Shown piece after piece: positions 29,414 to 39,042 of a stretch of DNA of 64,000 nt (position 1 is the first letter of the stretch; each line of letters starts with the position of its first letter). Source of the DNA: a virus (lineage: Duplodnaviria > Caudoviricetes). The position numbers and the translations under genes are program-made. The stretch covers positions 58,737-122,736 of the IMG/VR virus record IMGVR_UViG_3300025357_000908; one strand, 5' to 3'. The notes beneath the pieces are model-generated. The model was given only the letters and a program-made list of their open reading frames with translations, was not told where the DNA came from and ran no database searches.

Positions 29414-30595
29414 TCAAGCTGTTATAGTTTGAATAAAGTCTTCCCACATTTGCCCGACTTTATGTGCATTAAATTTGTTTAGTATATAATCTTTACCTCT
29501 ATTTTGTAAATCTGCTTTTACTTCTGGGTTGCTTTCAAGGTAATTAACTGCGTCAGCAATTTTTGCTGTATTGTCTCTAAATATACCCTGTTCATCTTTA
29601 GTTAAAGATTCTTTTTGTATTTTTTCTGGGTCTGCACCGTTTGGAAAATCAATCCATTTGCAGTAACCATCAAAGTTTTCAGGTAATGCTCCTAAAGGAT
29701 ACGTAATTGGTATAGCACCTAATGCAATTGCTTCAGCTACTACACAAGAAAATGTATCTTTATGAACATCTTGGTAAGGAGTGTACAGCGGGTAGATAAA
29801 ATACTCACTTTCAGCTATGTGCGTAAATAATGTTTTTTTATCTACCCCCTCATGCTTATAAAAAAACGAATCCTCGTGAGGGTGAGTACAAAGCAAGTAA
29901 TCAAAAGCGTGTAACTCAGCATCAGGCCAATTCAATTCTCTTAATGTTTGAACCGCTACGTTACCACCTCTTGGCCATGCAGCATGATAAACTACCTTAT
30001 GCTTCTTTTTTACTGGTTTAATATCTAAAACCTCGTTAATAATATCGTCCATTACTGGGTTAGGTATTAGAGTACTAATAGTGTTATCATAGCGACTTTT
30101 TGTAGCTTGAATAGTATGTTGATTCATACTTTTTTCCCAATTAGATATATTAACAAACCCCAGTCTGAGCTTATTGTTTTTTGCGTATGATATTAACTCG
30201 TCAATGCCGTATATCCACTGCATATGGCACCAGTATATTAAAGCTTTACTGACTGTTATCGGTAGTTTAACATAATCATGAAACCAAAGACTACTAATAA
30301 CTATATCAAAATCTTTATTTGCAATATTAGTAAAATCAATGTCTGTGTAATACACACCTCTAACCTTTTTACCAGCATTAAAATACAATCCCTTCTCGGC
30401 ATATGCTTTTTCAAGTTGCGGCTCAAGTTTATCTGATGTAACCACCACTTCATGTCCGAGCAATGCCAGTTGTTCTGCAACAATTATAGTACTACCATCA
30501 GTACCAGAACCACCACCATTACCGTACCGTAACGTGTCTCCGTCTAAATAATTACTTCTACGACTGTTACCTATTAATATAAATGCTATTCTCAT
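29414..30595 (-). CDS. GT-B fold glycosyltransferase (GT4-like)
   Basis: GGSGT....AEQLA..GHEV, DTFSCVVAEAIALG, GALPE. Confidence 0.8.
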   Translation of the reverse strand: MRIAFILIGNSRRSNYLDGDTLRYGNGGGSGTDGSTIIVAEQLALLGHEVVVTSDKLEPQLEKAYAEKGLYFNAGKKVRGVYYTDIDFTNIANKDFDIVISSLWFHDYVKLPITVSKALIYWCHMQWIYGIDELISYAKNNKLRLGFVNISNWEKSMNQHTIQATKSRYDNTISTLIPNPVMDDIINEVLDIKPVKKKHKVVYHAAWPRGGNVAVQTLRELNWPDAELHAFDYLLCTHPHEDSFFYKHEGVDKKTLFTHIAESEYFIYPLYTPYQDVHKDTFSCVVAEAIALGAIPITYPLGALPENFDGYCKWIDFPNGADPEKIQKESLTKDEQGIFRDNTAKIADAVNYLESNPEVKADLQNRGKDYILNKFNAHKVGQMWEDFIQTITA

Positions 30596-30598
30596 AGT

Positions 30599-31870
30599 TT
30601 AACTATTTAAGTTCTTTTCGTATCTTTCGCTCCACCCTTTATTTTTCCAGTGCGCGTACATTACTATTTTATATGGTTTGTCAATACTACGAAAAGTAGC
30701 GTTATGTGTGGTTATTTTAAAACTAATATAATCAGGATCCTTTTCTGTATTAAAATCTTTACGGTATAAACTACCACCACTCTGTGTCTCAATACCAAAT
30801 GTTATAAACTCGAGTGTATCGTTTTCTGGAGCTTGTTTTTTAAAGAATTCAGCATCCCAACTACATGTAAATCTGTGCTCTCTGGATATAAACTGATTAT
30901 CATAATCAATTGGATTTGGTGGTTCTTGTACCTTTAAAGTGTAGTCTTGAATACGACAGTTTTTAAAATCAAACCCACCGTATATTTCATACTCCCGCAA
31001 TGTACGTTCTTTACCTAAACCATACACTCCCATATCAATACCATGTTCTTCCTGTCCGAACAACTGACGAGTCTTATTACGCGCGTATATATCTCTTTCT
31101 CCTGAAGTCTTGCCGGTATATTTTTCTGTACCGTGATCATCCCAGTGCTTTACTCTATAGTTACGTGTGTATTCATGCCAAATGTATTGACGGTACGGGC
31201 TAAAGATGTCATACCCGTTTGTCCATGCTCTCACACTCATTGTAGTTTCCTCTGTATAACCACCGAAATATATGTCCGGATCATATGGTACTTCGGCAAT
31301 AAATTTACCAGGTGCTAAAAAGAAATGACCACTAATGGTACGCGCACGTATAACTTTATTACGTTCTTTATAATCTTGTATATAGTATGGCATGCTCATT
31401 AACAGTTTATCCGAACTAAACTCATACTGAGACATTAAACATGGCCCCATATCTGTTATAGGTTTTTCCGGGTCAAACGGTGTACAATAAGTAGAAATTA
31501 TAGGTTTTTTAGAAACCGCTAACGCTTGCTCATAGTCTTCTAACAACATTTTATCCCAATCTTGAGCAAACCGGTGATGTGAGTCTAATTGTAGAGTGAG
31601 TTCTTCTCCATCATATAGAGAGTTAGTTAAATTACGTGCCCACCCTAACCCCTCACTTTCAGTGTATTTCTTTTTAATAACTCTATAATTTGGTTTACCA
31701 TCATAGTAGTTAGGGTCTTCATCTGGACCGTACTGCCAGCAAATACCAAATGAAAATTGTTCCGGGTTAGCAGCTTTTGCTAACATATCGTTAATTGTTG
31801 GTATTAGTTGCGGGTCTCTATAAGAAGCAAATTGTACAAAAATACGAGGTTTCTTGGTTTTCTTAGCCAT
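30599..31870 (-). CDS. GT60-like polypeptide alpha-GlcNAc transferase
   Basis: IFVQFASYRDP, GLGWAR, QLDSHHRF..DWD, VPYDP..YFGG.EE...SVRAWTNGYD. Confidence 0.85.
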   Translation of the reverse strand: MAKKTKKPRIFVQFASYRDPQLIPTINDMLAKAANPEQFSFGICWQYGPDEDPNYYDGKPNYRVIKKKYTESEGLGWARNLTNSLYDGEELTLQLDSHHRFAQDWDKMLLEDYEQALAVSKKPIISTYCTPFDPEKPITDMGPCLMSQYEFSSDKLLMSMPYYIQDYKERNKVIRARTISGHFFLAPGKFIAEVPYDPDIYFGGYTEETTMSVRAWTNGYDIFSPYRQYIWHEYTRNYRVKHWDDHGTEKYTGKTSGERDIYARNKTRQLFGQEEHGIDMGVYGLGKERTLREYEIYGGFDFKNCRIQDYTLKVQEPPNPIDYDNQFISREHRFTCSWDAEFFKKQAPENDTLEFITFGIETQSGGSLYRKDFNTEKDPDYISFKITTHNATFRSIDKPYKIVMYAHWKNKGWSERYEKNLNS

Positions 31871-31878
31871 AAAAGTAA

Positions 31879-32991
31879 TTACGAGTTGTTTACAGTATTA
31901 CCACTGTTTTCTTTTTCAAAATCATGTAAAGCTGCTGCTATAACCTGGTGCATATCATAGTATTTGTATTCTGCCAATCTACCACCAAATAATACATTAG
32001 GTAATGCTTTAGTAAGCTCTTTGTATTGATTATATATTTTAGTATTTTTTTCATTATTAATCGGATAATAAGGCGTTAGATCTCGTTTCCATTCTTCTGG
32101 ATACTCTCTTGTAATTAATGTATGGGGTACATTTACCCAATCAAAATGCTTATGTTCAATAATACGAGTGTAAGGTATATCTGCAGCTGTGTAATTAATT
32201 AATGCATTGCCTTGATAGTCCTTAACTGGAACTACTTCATGCTCAAATCTTGTAGTTCTATAATCTAAGTCTCCAAACTGGTAACTAAAGTATGCATCAA
32301 TCGGACCAGTATATAGTACTTTCTTAGCTATTTTATCCCAGTTATCTTTATCCGCTAAATAATCGGTATTAAGTTTTACCTCGATACCGGTGAGCATTTT
32401 TTCTATAATTTGTGTATAACCACCTATTGGTATACCCTGGTACGTATCAAAGTAATAATTATCGTCAAAATTAGTTCTTATTGGAATACGTTTAATAATA
32501 AACGTTGGTAACTCTTTAGGATCGGTTTTCCATTGCTTTTGAGTATAACCCTTAATAAACGTCTCGTAAAGCTCTGTACCTATTTCATTGAGACACCACT
32601 CTTCCAGATTTTGCGGGTTATCTATTTTTACTTTACTTGCAAGGAGTTTTTTAATTGCTTCTTCTGGTGTTTTTACACCCCACAGTTGATACAAAGTTAA
32701 CAAATTAATTGGAAACGAATAAAGCTTATCTTTATAACTTACCTTTGGTCTATTAACAAAGCTATTAAATGTAGCAAACTGATTAACATAGTCCCAGATC
32801 CTTTTATTAGATGTGTGAAATATATGCGGACCATATTCATGTACATTAATACCATTAACATTTCTTGTATAAATGTTACCACCTATATGTTCTTTCTTCT
32901 CAAGTACTAAGCATTTTTTACCTGCTTTAGTAGCTTCATGTGCAAAGACTGAACCGTATAAGCCAGATCCAACTATAAGATAATCGTACAT
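31879..32991 (-). CDS. glf: UDP-galactopyranose mutase
   Basis: VGSGLYG, HIGGN, HEYGPHIFHT, YQGIP, PYYP, GRLAEYKYYDM. Confidence 0.96.
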   Translation of the reverse strand: MYDYLIVGSGLYGSVFAHEATKAGKKCLVLEKKEHIGGNIYTRNVNGINVHEYGPHIFHTSNKRIWDYVNQFATFNSFVNRPKVSYKDKLYSFPINLLTLYQLWGVKTPEEAIKKLLASKVKIDNPQNLEEWCLNEIGTELYETFIKGYTQKQWKTDPKELPTFIIKRIPIRTNFDDNYYFDTYQGIPIGGYTQIIEKMLTGIEVKLNTDYLADKDNWDKIAKKVLYTGPIDAYFSYQFGDLDYRTTRFEHEVVPVKDYQGNALINYTAADIPYTRIIEHKHFDWVNVPHTLITREYPEEWKRDLTPYYPINNEKNTKIYNQYKELTKALPNVLFGGRLAEYKYYDMHQVIAAALHDFEKENSGNTVNNS

Positions 32992-32999
32992 TCAGTATT

Positions 33000-33027
33000 A
33001 TTATATAATAATACCGTAGTTATTCAA
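33000..33027 (-). promoter_or_regulatory. Sigma70-like promoter for the glycosylation cluster
   Basis: Minus strand reads TTGAAT-N16-TATAAT just upstream of glf. Confidence 0.5.
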
Positions 33028-33028
33028 C

Positions 33029-34969
33029 TTATGGTCCGTTAATCGGTGTAGATATTGATCCAGCAGAATTATGATGTGTTGTTGGGCTGCTTGCTGCTAC
33101 AGCTGCATTAGGTCCATTTACAGCTGCTGCTGCATTATTTAACGTTGCAGGATCTGCTACTAATTGAAGTGGTAAGTTCTTAAAGTAATGAGTATGTGCT
33201 TGATTGATTACCAGCGTAACCGTATCACCACTATAAATTATACCACCGCCTGGCTTGCTAATTTGAGCACCTGTATCTGTAATTTTAGTAGACTCAGTAA
33301 CTTGAAATTCTACAGGTGCAGTAACATGTTGTAAGTATGTTTCACCTTTAAGATATTGACCACCACCAATAACTACATTTTGACTTACACCCAAATTATC
33401 GTCAATAACTACTTGTTGACGGTTACGCGTTCTTAAAGTCATTATATTAGCTATAACAGACAAATTAGTACCACCATCAATATTGGTATCATCTGAAGAA
33501 GCAATATTGACCTGTTTACCAGCTAATGCCATTATAGTACCACCCATATTAATAGGGCCGGTTGTCTTGATGTCTATACCACCTGAACCTACCAATAAAT
33601 TGTAACGATTACCAGCAGTTACTGTATAATTACCACCAGGCATATCATCAATATGTGTATACTCAATAGCAGGTATTGTAGTAGTAACTTTACCGTTATT
33701 GTTATTATATTGCGTTATTGTTTTTGCAGTACCATTATATCTTGTACTTGCAAATTGATTGAATACTAAACCTACATTGACGAGTTTGTGCTTGGTAATT
33801 GTTTCAATATAATTTCCACCAAAACCGAGTGCAGCTTCAGCTTCTGCTAACGCATTTGCTTGAGTAGCTATTGTACCTGCAAGTTCGTTCTTAGTAGCTG
33901 TACTTTCTGGTAAAGCTAAAAGATTAGCTATAGAAGTATAATAACTAACCCACGTATTCATTGCAGCGGTATTCAAGGAACCAGTTTTAACATAATAGTT
34001 ACCTTGTATGATATTATCAAAATCTCTACCCACCCACAAATTATTGTGTCCTTTTACTGTTTCAAATTTATCTCTAAGTGTTAACAGCTGTAAATTCTCA
34101 GGAGTAAACAAAGAGTTGTATTTGTTATTAAATTCTAAAAACCCTCCAGCAAAGTGTGTAACTTTAAATGATTCTCTATCTGTGGTGTTAATGATTTCTA
34201 TTGCTGCACCGCGCTGATTAACAACCATTTTATTACGGTATGTTTCAGTGTTAACGTCGTTTGCATTTCTGACATCTTTACCCACACTTTCAAACGTTTG
34301 AGGGTAGTCTTGAAATGTACCATCATCGGAACCAAATATACTTGCAAAATCATCTTGACCTAAAGAAGTTCCCATATACACTGGGTAAGTTGGAACCCCA
34401 TCCCTAAAAAATACCCAAACATGAGCACCTACATTAGGTATGGCAAATACACCTTTAGCTGCATTTGAGTACGTCGAAGGTCTGTATTGAGTACCAGTAG
34501 GGTTTATATTATTGGTACCGTTAGCTACAGTATCAGTAAAAGCGTCTGTTAATTTAGTAGCATACTTTTCATAAACAAACCCAGGCTTTTCACCCATACG
34601 CTCGTTGTTTAAATTGAACTGAGTATAAGAGTTTGAAAAATTTGTACCAGATAAACTATAAGGATACGTAGCATCCGAAACGGTAGCTTTGTCTGCGTAT
34701 GCATTATATGTACCAGATGAACTTTCCCCTGCAATAGGCCCACAATACTCTGCCCAAGGTAAACTATCTCTTAAGTCATTAATAATTAAACTTAAGTCTG
34801 AATTTATATTGATACCTGGAAACTTAAAATTTCGATCCTGTTGTGTGATTTCCCATTTACTATATACGCCAGCATTAGCATGCGGTACCCACACTTTTAT
34901 ACGCCCACGATGTTCCGGGTCGTTATTAGCTATTACTATACCAAGATAAATTGACGGAAAAGTTTTCAT
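33029..34969 (-). CDS. Baseplate central spike (gp5/VgrG-like, no lysozyme domain recognised)
   Basis: OB-fold NNDPEHRGRIKVWVP and IPNVGAHVWVFF; beta-helix repeats; C-terminal HTH metal-binding tip motif. Confidence 0.8.
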   Translation of the reverse strand: MKTFPSIYLGIVIANNDPEHRGRIKVWVPHANAGVYSKWEITQQDRNFKFPGININSDLSLIINDLRDSLPWAEYCGPIAGESSSGTYNAYADKATVSDATYPYSLSGTNFSNSYTQFNLNNERMGEKPGFVYEKYATKLTDAFTDTVANGTNNINPTGTQYRPSTYSNAAKGVFAIPNVGAHVWVFFRDGVPTYPVYMGTSLGQDDFASIFGSDDGTFQDYPQTFESVGKDVRNANDVNTETYRNKMVVNQRGAAIEIINTTDRESFKVTHFAGGFLEFNNKYNSLFTPENLQLLTLRDKFETVKGHNNLWVGRDFDNIIQGNYYVKTGSLNTAAMNTWVSYYTSIANLLALPESTATKNELAGTIATQANALAEAEAALGFGGNYIETITKHKLVNVGLVFNQFASTRYNGTAKTITQYNNNNGKVTTTIPAIEYTHIDDMPGGNYTVTAGNRYNLLVGSGGIDIKTTGPINMGGTIMALAGKQVNIASSDDTNIDGGTNLSVIANIMTLRTRNRQQVVIDDNLGVSQNVVIGGGQYLKGETYLQHVTAPVEFQVTESTKITDTGAQISKPGGGIIYSGDTVTLVINQAHTHYFKNLPLQLVADPATLNNAAAAVNGPNAAVAASSPTTHHNSAGSISTPINGP

Positions 34970-35772
34970 GTTATTGCAGCCATTGTCAGTTGGGTCTGGT
35001 TACCTATTGTTGAATTAGTTAAATCTACATTTATTTTTGTATCTCCAATAGTAGATGTATCTTCGTATTCTATTTGAGTGGTCCAGTTGTACGGTACTAC
35101 TAAATTACCTATAACAGTATTATTGAAAGGTAGGTACGCATTTAGTACAGGGTAAGTACTGTTAATACTTGCAATAAGAATATTATTAGTGTTTATAATA
35201 CGAGTTAAATCCGTATCTGCCATTATTAGGTTACCGTTGTTTGGACTTGTATCTGTACCGGTGGGCCCAATATTAGCAATATTATTAACAAACAAGGTAT
35301 TAGCTGCTTTGTAGAAGTTCTTTATTGTTGTGGATATTCCTGCAGGTAATAGGTTATCTATAATAGTATTATAAGGAACTGTATTTGTATTGTTTTGATT
35401 GTTTACCCGGGATATATACACTAAGCTACCTACTGATTCAGAGAAAGGCTGATAGTACGTGGGTTGTGTTTGAGATATAGCACTTAACACTAATGTATTT
35501 GAATAATACATTGCTTCATCCCACCAATATTTGCTCCAAAAATATGGTAAATTACCCAAATTAATACCATCTAAATTAAACGCTGGATTATTAGCAGAAG
35601 CGCCTGCTAATTGTGTAAAAAAATCAATTTGTGAACCAATTGGATTTGACGAATGATGAGTAGCATAATATGCTTCTGTAACTTGCATCTGCACATCAAA
35701 GCCAGAAACACTATATCCTTTCCAGTAAAAGGTAGTGTTGTATAAATCATACGTTCTGACAAATGTAGCCAT
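34966..35772 (-). CDS. Hypothetical structural protein
   Basis: N/T-rich ORF in the baseplate operon. Confidence 0.6.
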   Translation of the reverse strand: MATFVRTYDLYNTTFYWKGYSVSGFDVQMQVTEAYYATHHSSNPIGSQIDFFTQLAGASANNPAFNLDGINLGNLPYFWSKYWWDEAMYYSNTLVLSAISQTQPTYYQPFSESVGSLVYISRVNNQNNTNTVPYNTIIDNLLPAGISTTIKNFYKAANTLFVNNIANIGPTGTDTSPNNGNLIMADTDLTRIINTNNILIASINSTYPVLNAYLPFNNTVIGNLVVPYNWTTQIEYEDTSTIGDTKINVDLTNSTIGNQTQLTMAAIT

Positions 35773-35801
35773 TGTTATTACTTATCCCTGTTGTTCAGTT
35801 G

Positions 35802-37334
35802 TTACAGTACATCATCTGCAATACGTGTGTTTTTATCCGCATGCGGTTTTACAGCTGTAATGTTATTAATATAATTGTTTTGTGTAAAAACGTGCTCAAC
35901 TTTTATAATATACCATTGTCCTAAGAACTTTTCATCAAAATCAGAATCTACTGCTCCTGTTTTGCGATCCAAACCAATAAACCTATTACATTTACGGAGC
36001 GTTGTACCGGGTGCTGTAAAATGTAAACACTGATTTAAAAAGAACCCCGATTTTAGTATAGCGTTTCTTGCTTCAGGATAACGTTCAAGCTTTGTACTAC
36101 CATATGAATACGGTTGTTTAAACGCAACGTTTTCGGTTTTAGTTTTATTTAAAGATAGCAGTGCAGTGGGTTCTTGATTATATGAAAACTTTTTAACATA
36201 GTTGTCCTGAAAATAACTCTTGATACTATCTACTGTATTATCGGCGTAATCTATATTAAAACGTTTATCTTTTATGCTATTACTTGCGCACGGCATATTA
36301 ATAAGCATAAACGCATTATCAATAGCAGACATATCAACGAATTGATAATTATCTATAGCACTTTTGCCACCAAAATTTAAGTTAAGATAGGTAGTATTAG
36401 ATTGAGGGGTTTTATATAATGAAGGTATTATAACACCGGTTTGTGTAGCCGTTGTTAAATAAAATTGTTCAAGTTGATAGGGACCGGCTACCTTGTTAAC
36501 AACTGCCAGTGAGAGTTCATTAGATAAAGAAGTTAAGTTCCATTCTTTAGTATAACGATCTCTATACAATAAAGGCACATCACCATCTATTTGACCAGAT
36601 TTCTTACTGGCCACGTGTCTATTGAAAAGATATTCTAAGTCATCAATAGAATTATTGTTTGTGGGTGGTGTATAAAAAATATTACTCGCACCAGGGTCCC
36701 AGAATTGATTAAACTTTTGTTCACCGCTTCTTTTATTAAGAGTGTATTGTATTAGACCTTTTATTGCTTCCCCTGTAGGAACCTTTCTTTTATTATCAGG
36801 CAATACACTCGACTTACCGTTTAGTTCAGGATAAAGAGAGTATAACACATTGTTAGTATTCCATCCAGAAGAAGTAGACTCTGCAAACAATTGATAATCG
36901 AGTTCCCAGAAATATAACTTTACAAGTTTTTCATTTGGTTTCGTGTTAGGTATATCTTCTATATCATATACAGAGAAAATATAGTTAAGCTCCCAACCTG
37001 CTGACGGAAACGGGTCTGAATCGATACCCGCTGTAGAATCATCATAAACTGGTTTAATATTAACCAACAATAAATCTCTACCATCGTTACGAAACTTATA
37101 ATTAGCAGCAGCTGATACCCGCTCATTAGGGCGTCGCTCAATCATATTTTCGTTGTTATTAACAATTAAGTAACCCCTTTTAAACCATTCCCGGGAATCT
37201 TCTTCAATTGATAGTTCAACTAACGCAGCTGTATTAATACCAAAAAAAGTGTCTTTGGAGTTAAATAAAGCCACGCCAAACTCGTACGTTTGATCATTAA
37301 CGCGTAGTTTTGTAGTTGTTGGTGCTGCAGCCAT
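35802..37334 (-). CDS. Baseplate hub protein (gp27-like)
   Basis: LSIEED...GYL at N-terminus, GQWYIIKVEHVF at C-terminus; next to the spike gene. Confidence 0.6.
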   Translation of the reverse strand: MAAAPTTTKLRVNDQTYEFGVALFNSKDTFFGINTAALVELSIEEDSREWFKRGYLIVNNNENMIERRPNERVSAAANYKFRNDGRDLLLVNIKPVYDDSTAGIDSDPFPSAGWELNYIFSVYDIEDIPNTKPNEKLVKLYFWELDYQLFAESTSSGWNTNNVLYSLYPELNGKSSVLPDNKRKVPTGEAIKGLIQYTLNKRSGEQKFNQFWDPGASNIFYTPPTNNNSIDDLEYLFNRHVASKKSGQIDGDVPLLYRDRYTKEWNLTSLSNELSLAVVNKVAGPYQLEQFYLTTATQTGVIIPSLYKTPQSNTTYLNLNFGGKSAIDNYQFVDMSAIDNAFMLINMPCASNSIKDKRFNIDYADNTVDSIKSYFQDNYVKKFSYNQEPTALLSLNKTKTENVAFKQPYSYGSTKLERYPEARNAILKSGFFLNQCLHFTAPGTTLRKCNRFIGLDRKTGAVDSDFDEKFLGQWYIIKVEHVFTQNNYINNITAVKPHADKNTRIADDVL

Positions 37335-37705
37335 TAAATCTTAGTATTTTGTAGTTCAGCTATAACCAAACGAGCATATGTAGGTGTTAAATACTTTAAA
37401 CGTGTTCCTGCTACAGGAAAATGTACTGGGTTTTGTATCTTATTAAGAGAACATATTACCCACCACAATAATGTGGTTCCGTATAACTTATATGATATTA
37501 ATGTCCATGGCATGTTGTTTACAGGCACAGTATATGTACTATAATAAGCCTGTTCAATATCATCCGGGAAGTTAACTTTAGCTAATATATTGTAAAAATA
37601 ATCGCTATTGTCGTTTTGATAAACATTAAAAATATTTTCATAACGAAAGCTTTCGAGGGCCGGTAAGTTACTAATATTATTTTGTACTAAAGGTGTTTGA
37701 TTCAT
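37334..37705 (-). CDS. Baseplate wedge protein (gp53/LysM-like)
   Basis: ISYKLYG...LWWVI...N.I.NP. Confidence 0.75.
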   Translation of the reverse strand: MNQTPLVQNNISNLPALESFRYENIFNVYQNDNSDYFYNILAKVNFPDDIEQAYYSTYTVPVNNMPWTLISYKLYGTTLLWWVICSLNKIQNPVHFPVAGTRLKYLTPTYARLVIAELQNTKI

Positions 37706-37709
37706 ATTT

Positions 37710-39041
37710 TTATGTTACAGTAGAAGCACTTGTTGTTATTGTTATTTTTTGAGCGGGGTCAGCGTTTGATAGAAACGTATTACGTGTGTTTTTTAGTACG
37801 CTCTTAAATTTAAGAGATACACTATAAGCTTCAGGCATTAATTTTACATCGGGGCTACTATCACTATAATTTGTAATTATTTCCCCTGTATTAAGATTAA
37901 TAAGTCTTGTATTGCCTACGTTTTTAATAGAAATACCTTCAAGTGTTGCTAATGATAATAATTTGAATCCAGGTATATCCACTCTGTATAAACAAGGGGC
38001 ATCTAAAAAGTTTATACCTTTTCTATTTGGTAAATTTTGATAAGTTAATATAAAGCACAATTCCCAATTTTTACGTAATGAATTTGAAGTTTTGGGATCT
38101 CCGTCATCAATAGTATTATAAAGATAAAAAGAAAATTCTGCTTCTTCTTCTCCAGAGGAGCCACCATACGCTTTAAGCTCTTCTGTTTGTTTTGCGCCTG
38201 CAGTTGCAGCAAACGCGGCGTCCACTAAACCGCTTGCAACATCGAAACCACCTGAAATTACACCTTCAGCTTTATTTGCAAGCGTTGTGGTTAAAGATCC
38301 ACCCCCACCCCCACCTGCAGGAGCAGCAGGTGGTTTTGATCTTGCTGTAACAGACTTAAAAATCTCTCCTAAACCACCAGCAACTTTACCTACTGCCTGA
38401 CCGAAAGCTCCTGTAGGTGCAGCCCAAGTATTCTGTACTTTGGCCATATTATCTTGAGTAAAGTACGGCAATGTATATACAAAACCTGTATTTTCTACCG
38501 CATACAACCCTTTATATGGATCCATAAAGTCAGAGTCGGTTGGAGTAAAATCGAATTTTTTAGCTTCATCTAAAGCTGAAGTTGCAACTTGTGTAGCCTT
38601 ATCAACTGTTGCGTTAGTAGCTTCTTGTATAGCACTACCTATTTGTCCTTGTCCGGTCACTGTAGCTGCTGTCTTGATAGATTGTCCTGCAGCATTTGTA
38701 AAGCCTTGAGCCGACTCTATACCACCTACTTTATTTGCTATTGATAGGTTGCTAACTTGACCACGTATACTATACAAATAACCACGTAGTTCACTCGACT
38801 GTGTTTGTCTGTATTCAGTTAAAATCGCGCGTGGTATGTGTTTACGTCCTGGGCCTGGTGGTGTTAATGTCCACGGGAAATTTTCAAAAACATCTATACT
38901 CGAGTTACTTTTTGGAGTTAATAAAGGTGCTCCTAACTTATCCGGAGACTGTACCCAATCAAACAACACACCAGTGTAACCTGGTGGTTGAAAATTATCA
39001 TCATCGGTGTCTTGATCAACTGTATATGTAGATGCTGGCAT
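37710..39041 (-). CDS. Baseplate/tube junction protein (gp48-like)
   Basis: FSFYLYNT...PCLYRV.IPG...MPEAYSVSLKF; context. Confidence 0.5.
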   Translation of the reverse strand: MPASTYTVDQDTDDDNFQPPGYTGVLFDWVQSPDKLGAPLLTPKSNSSIDVFENFPWTLTPPGPGRKHIPRAILTEYRQTQSSELRGYLYSIRGQVSNLSIANKVGGIESAQGFTNAAGQSIKTAATVTGQGQIGSAIQEATNATVDKATQVATSALDEAKKFDFTPTDSDFMDPYKGLYAVENTGFVYTLPYFTQDNMAKVQNTWAAPTGAFGQAVGKVAGGLGEIFKSVTARSKPPAAPAGGGGGGSLTTTLANKAEGVISGGFDVASGLVDAAFAATAGAKQTEELKAYGGSSGEEEAEFSFYLYNTIDDGDPKTSNSLRKNWELCFILTYQNLPNRKGINFLDAPCLYRVDIPGFKLLSLATLEGISIKNVGNTRLINLNTGEIITNYSDSSPDVKLMPEAYSVSLKFKSVLKNTRNTFLSNADPAQKITITTSASTVT

Positions 39042-39042
39042 T

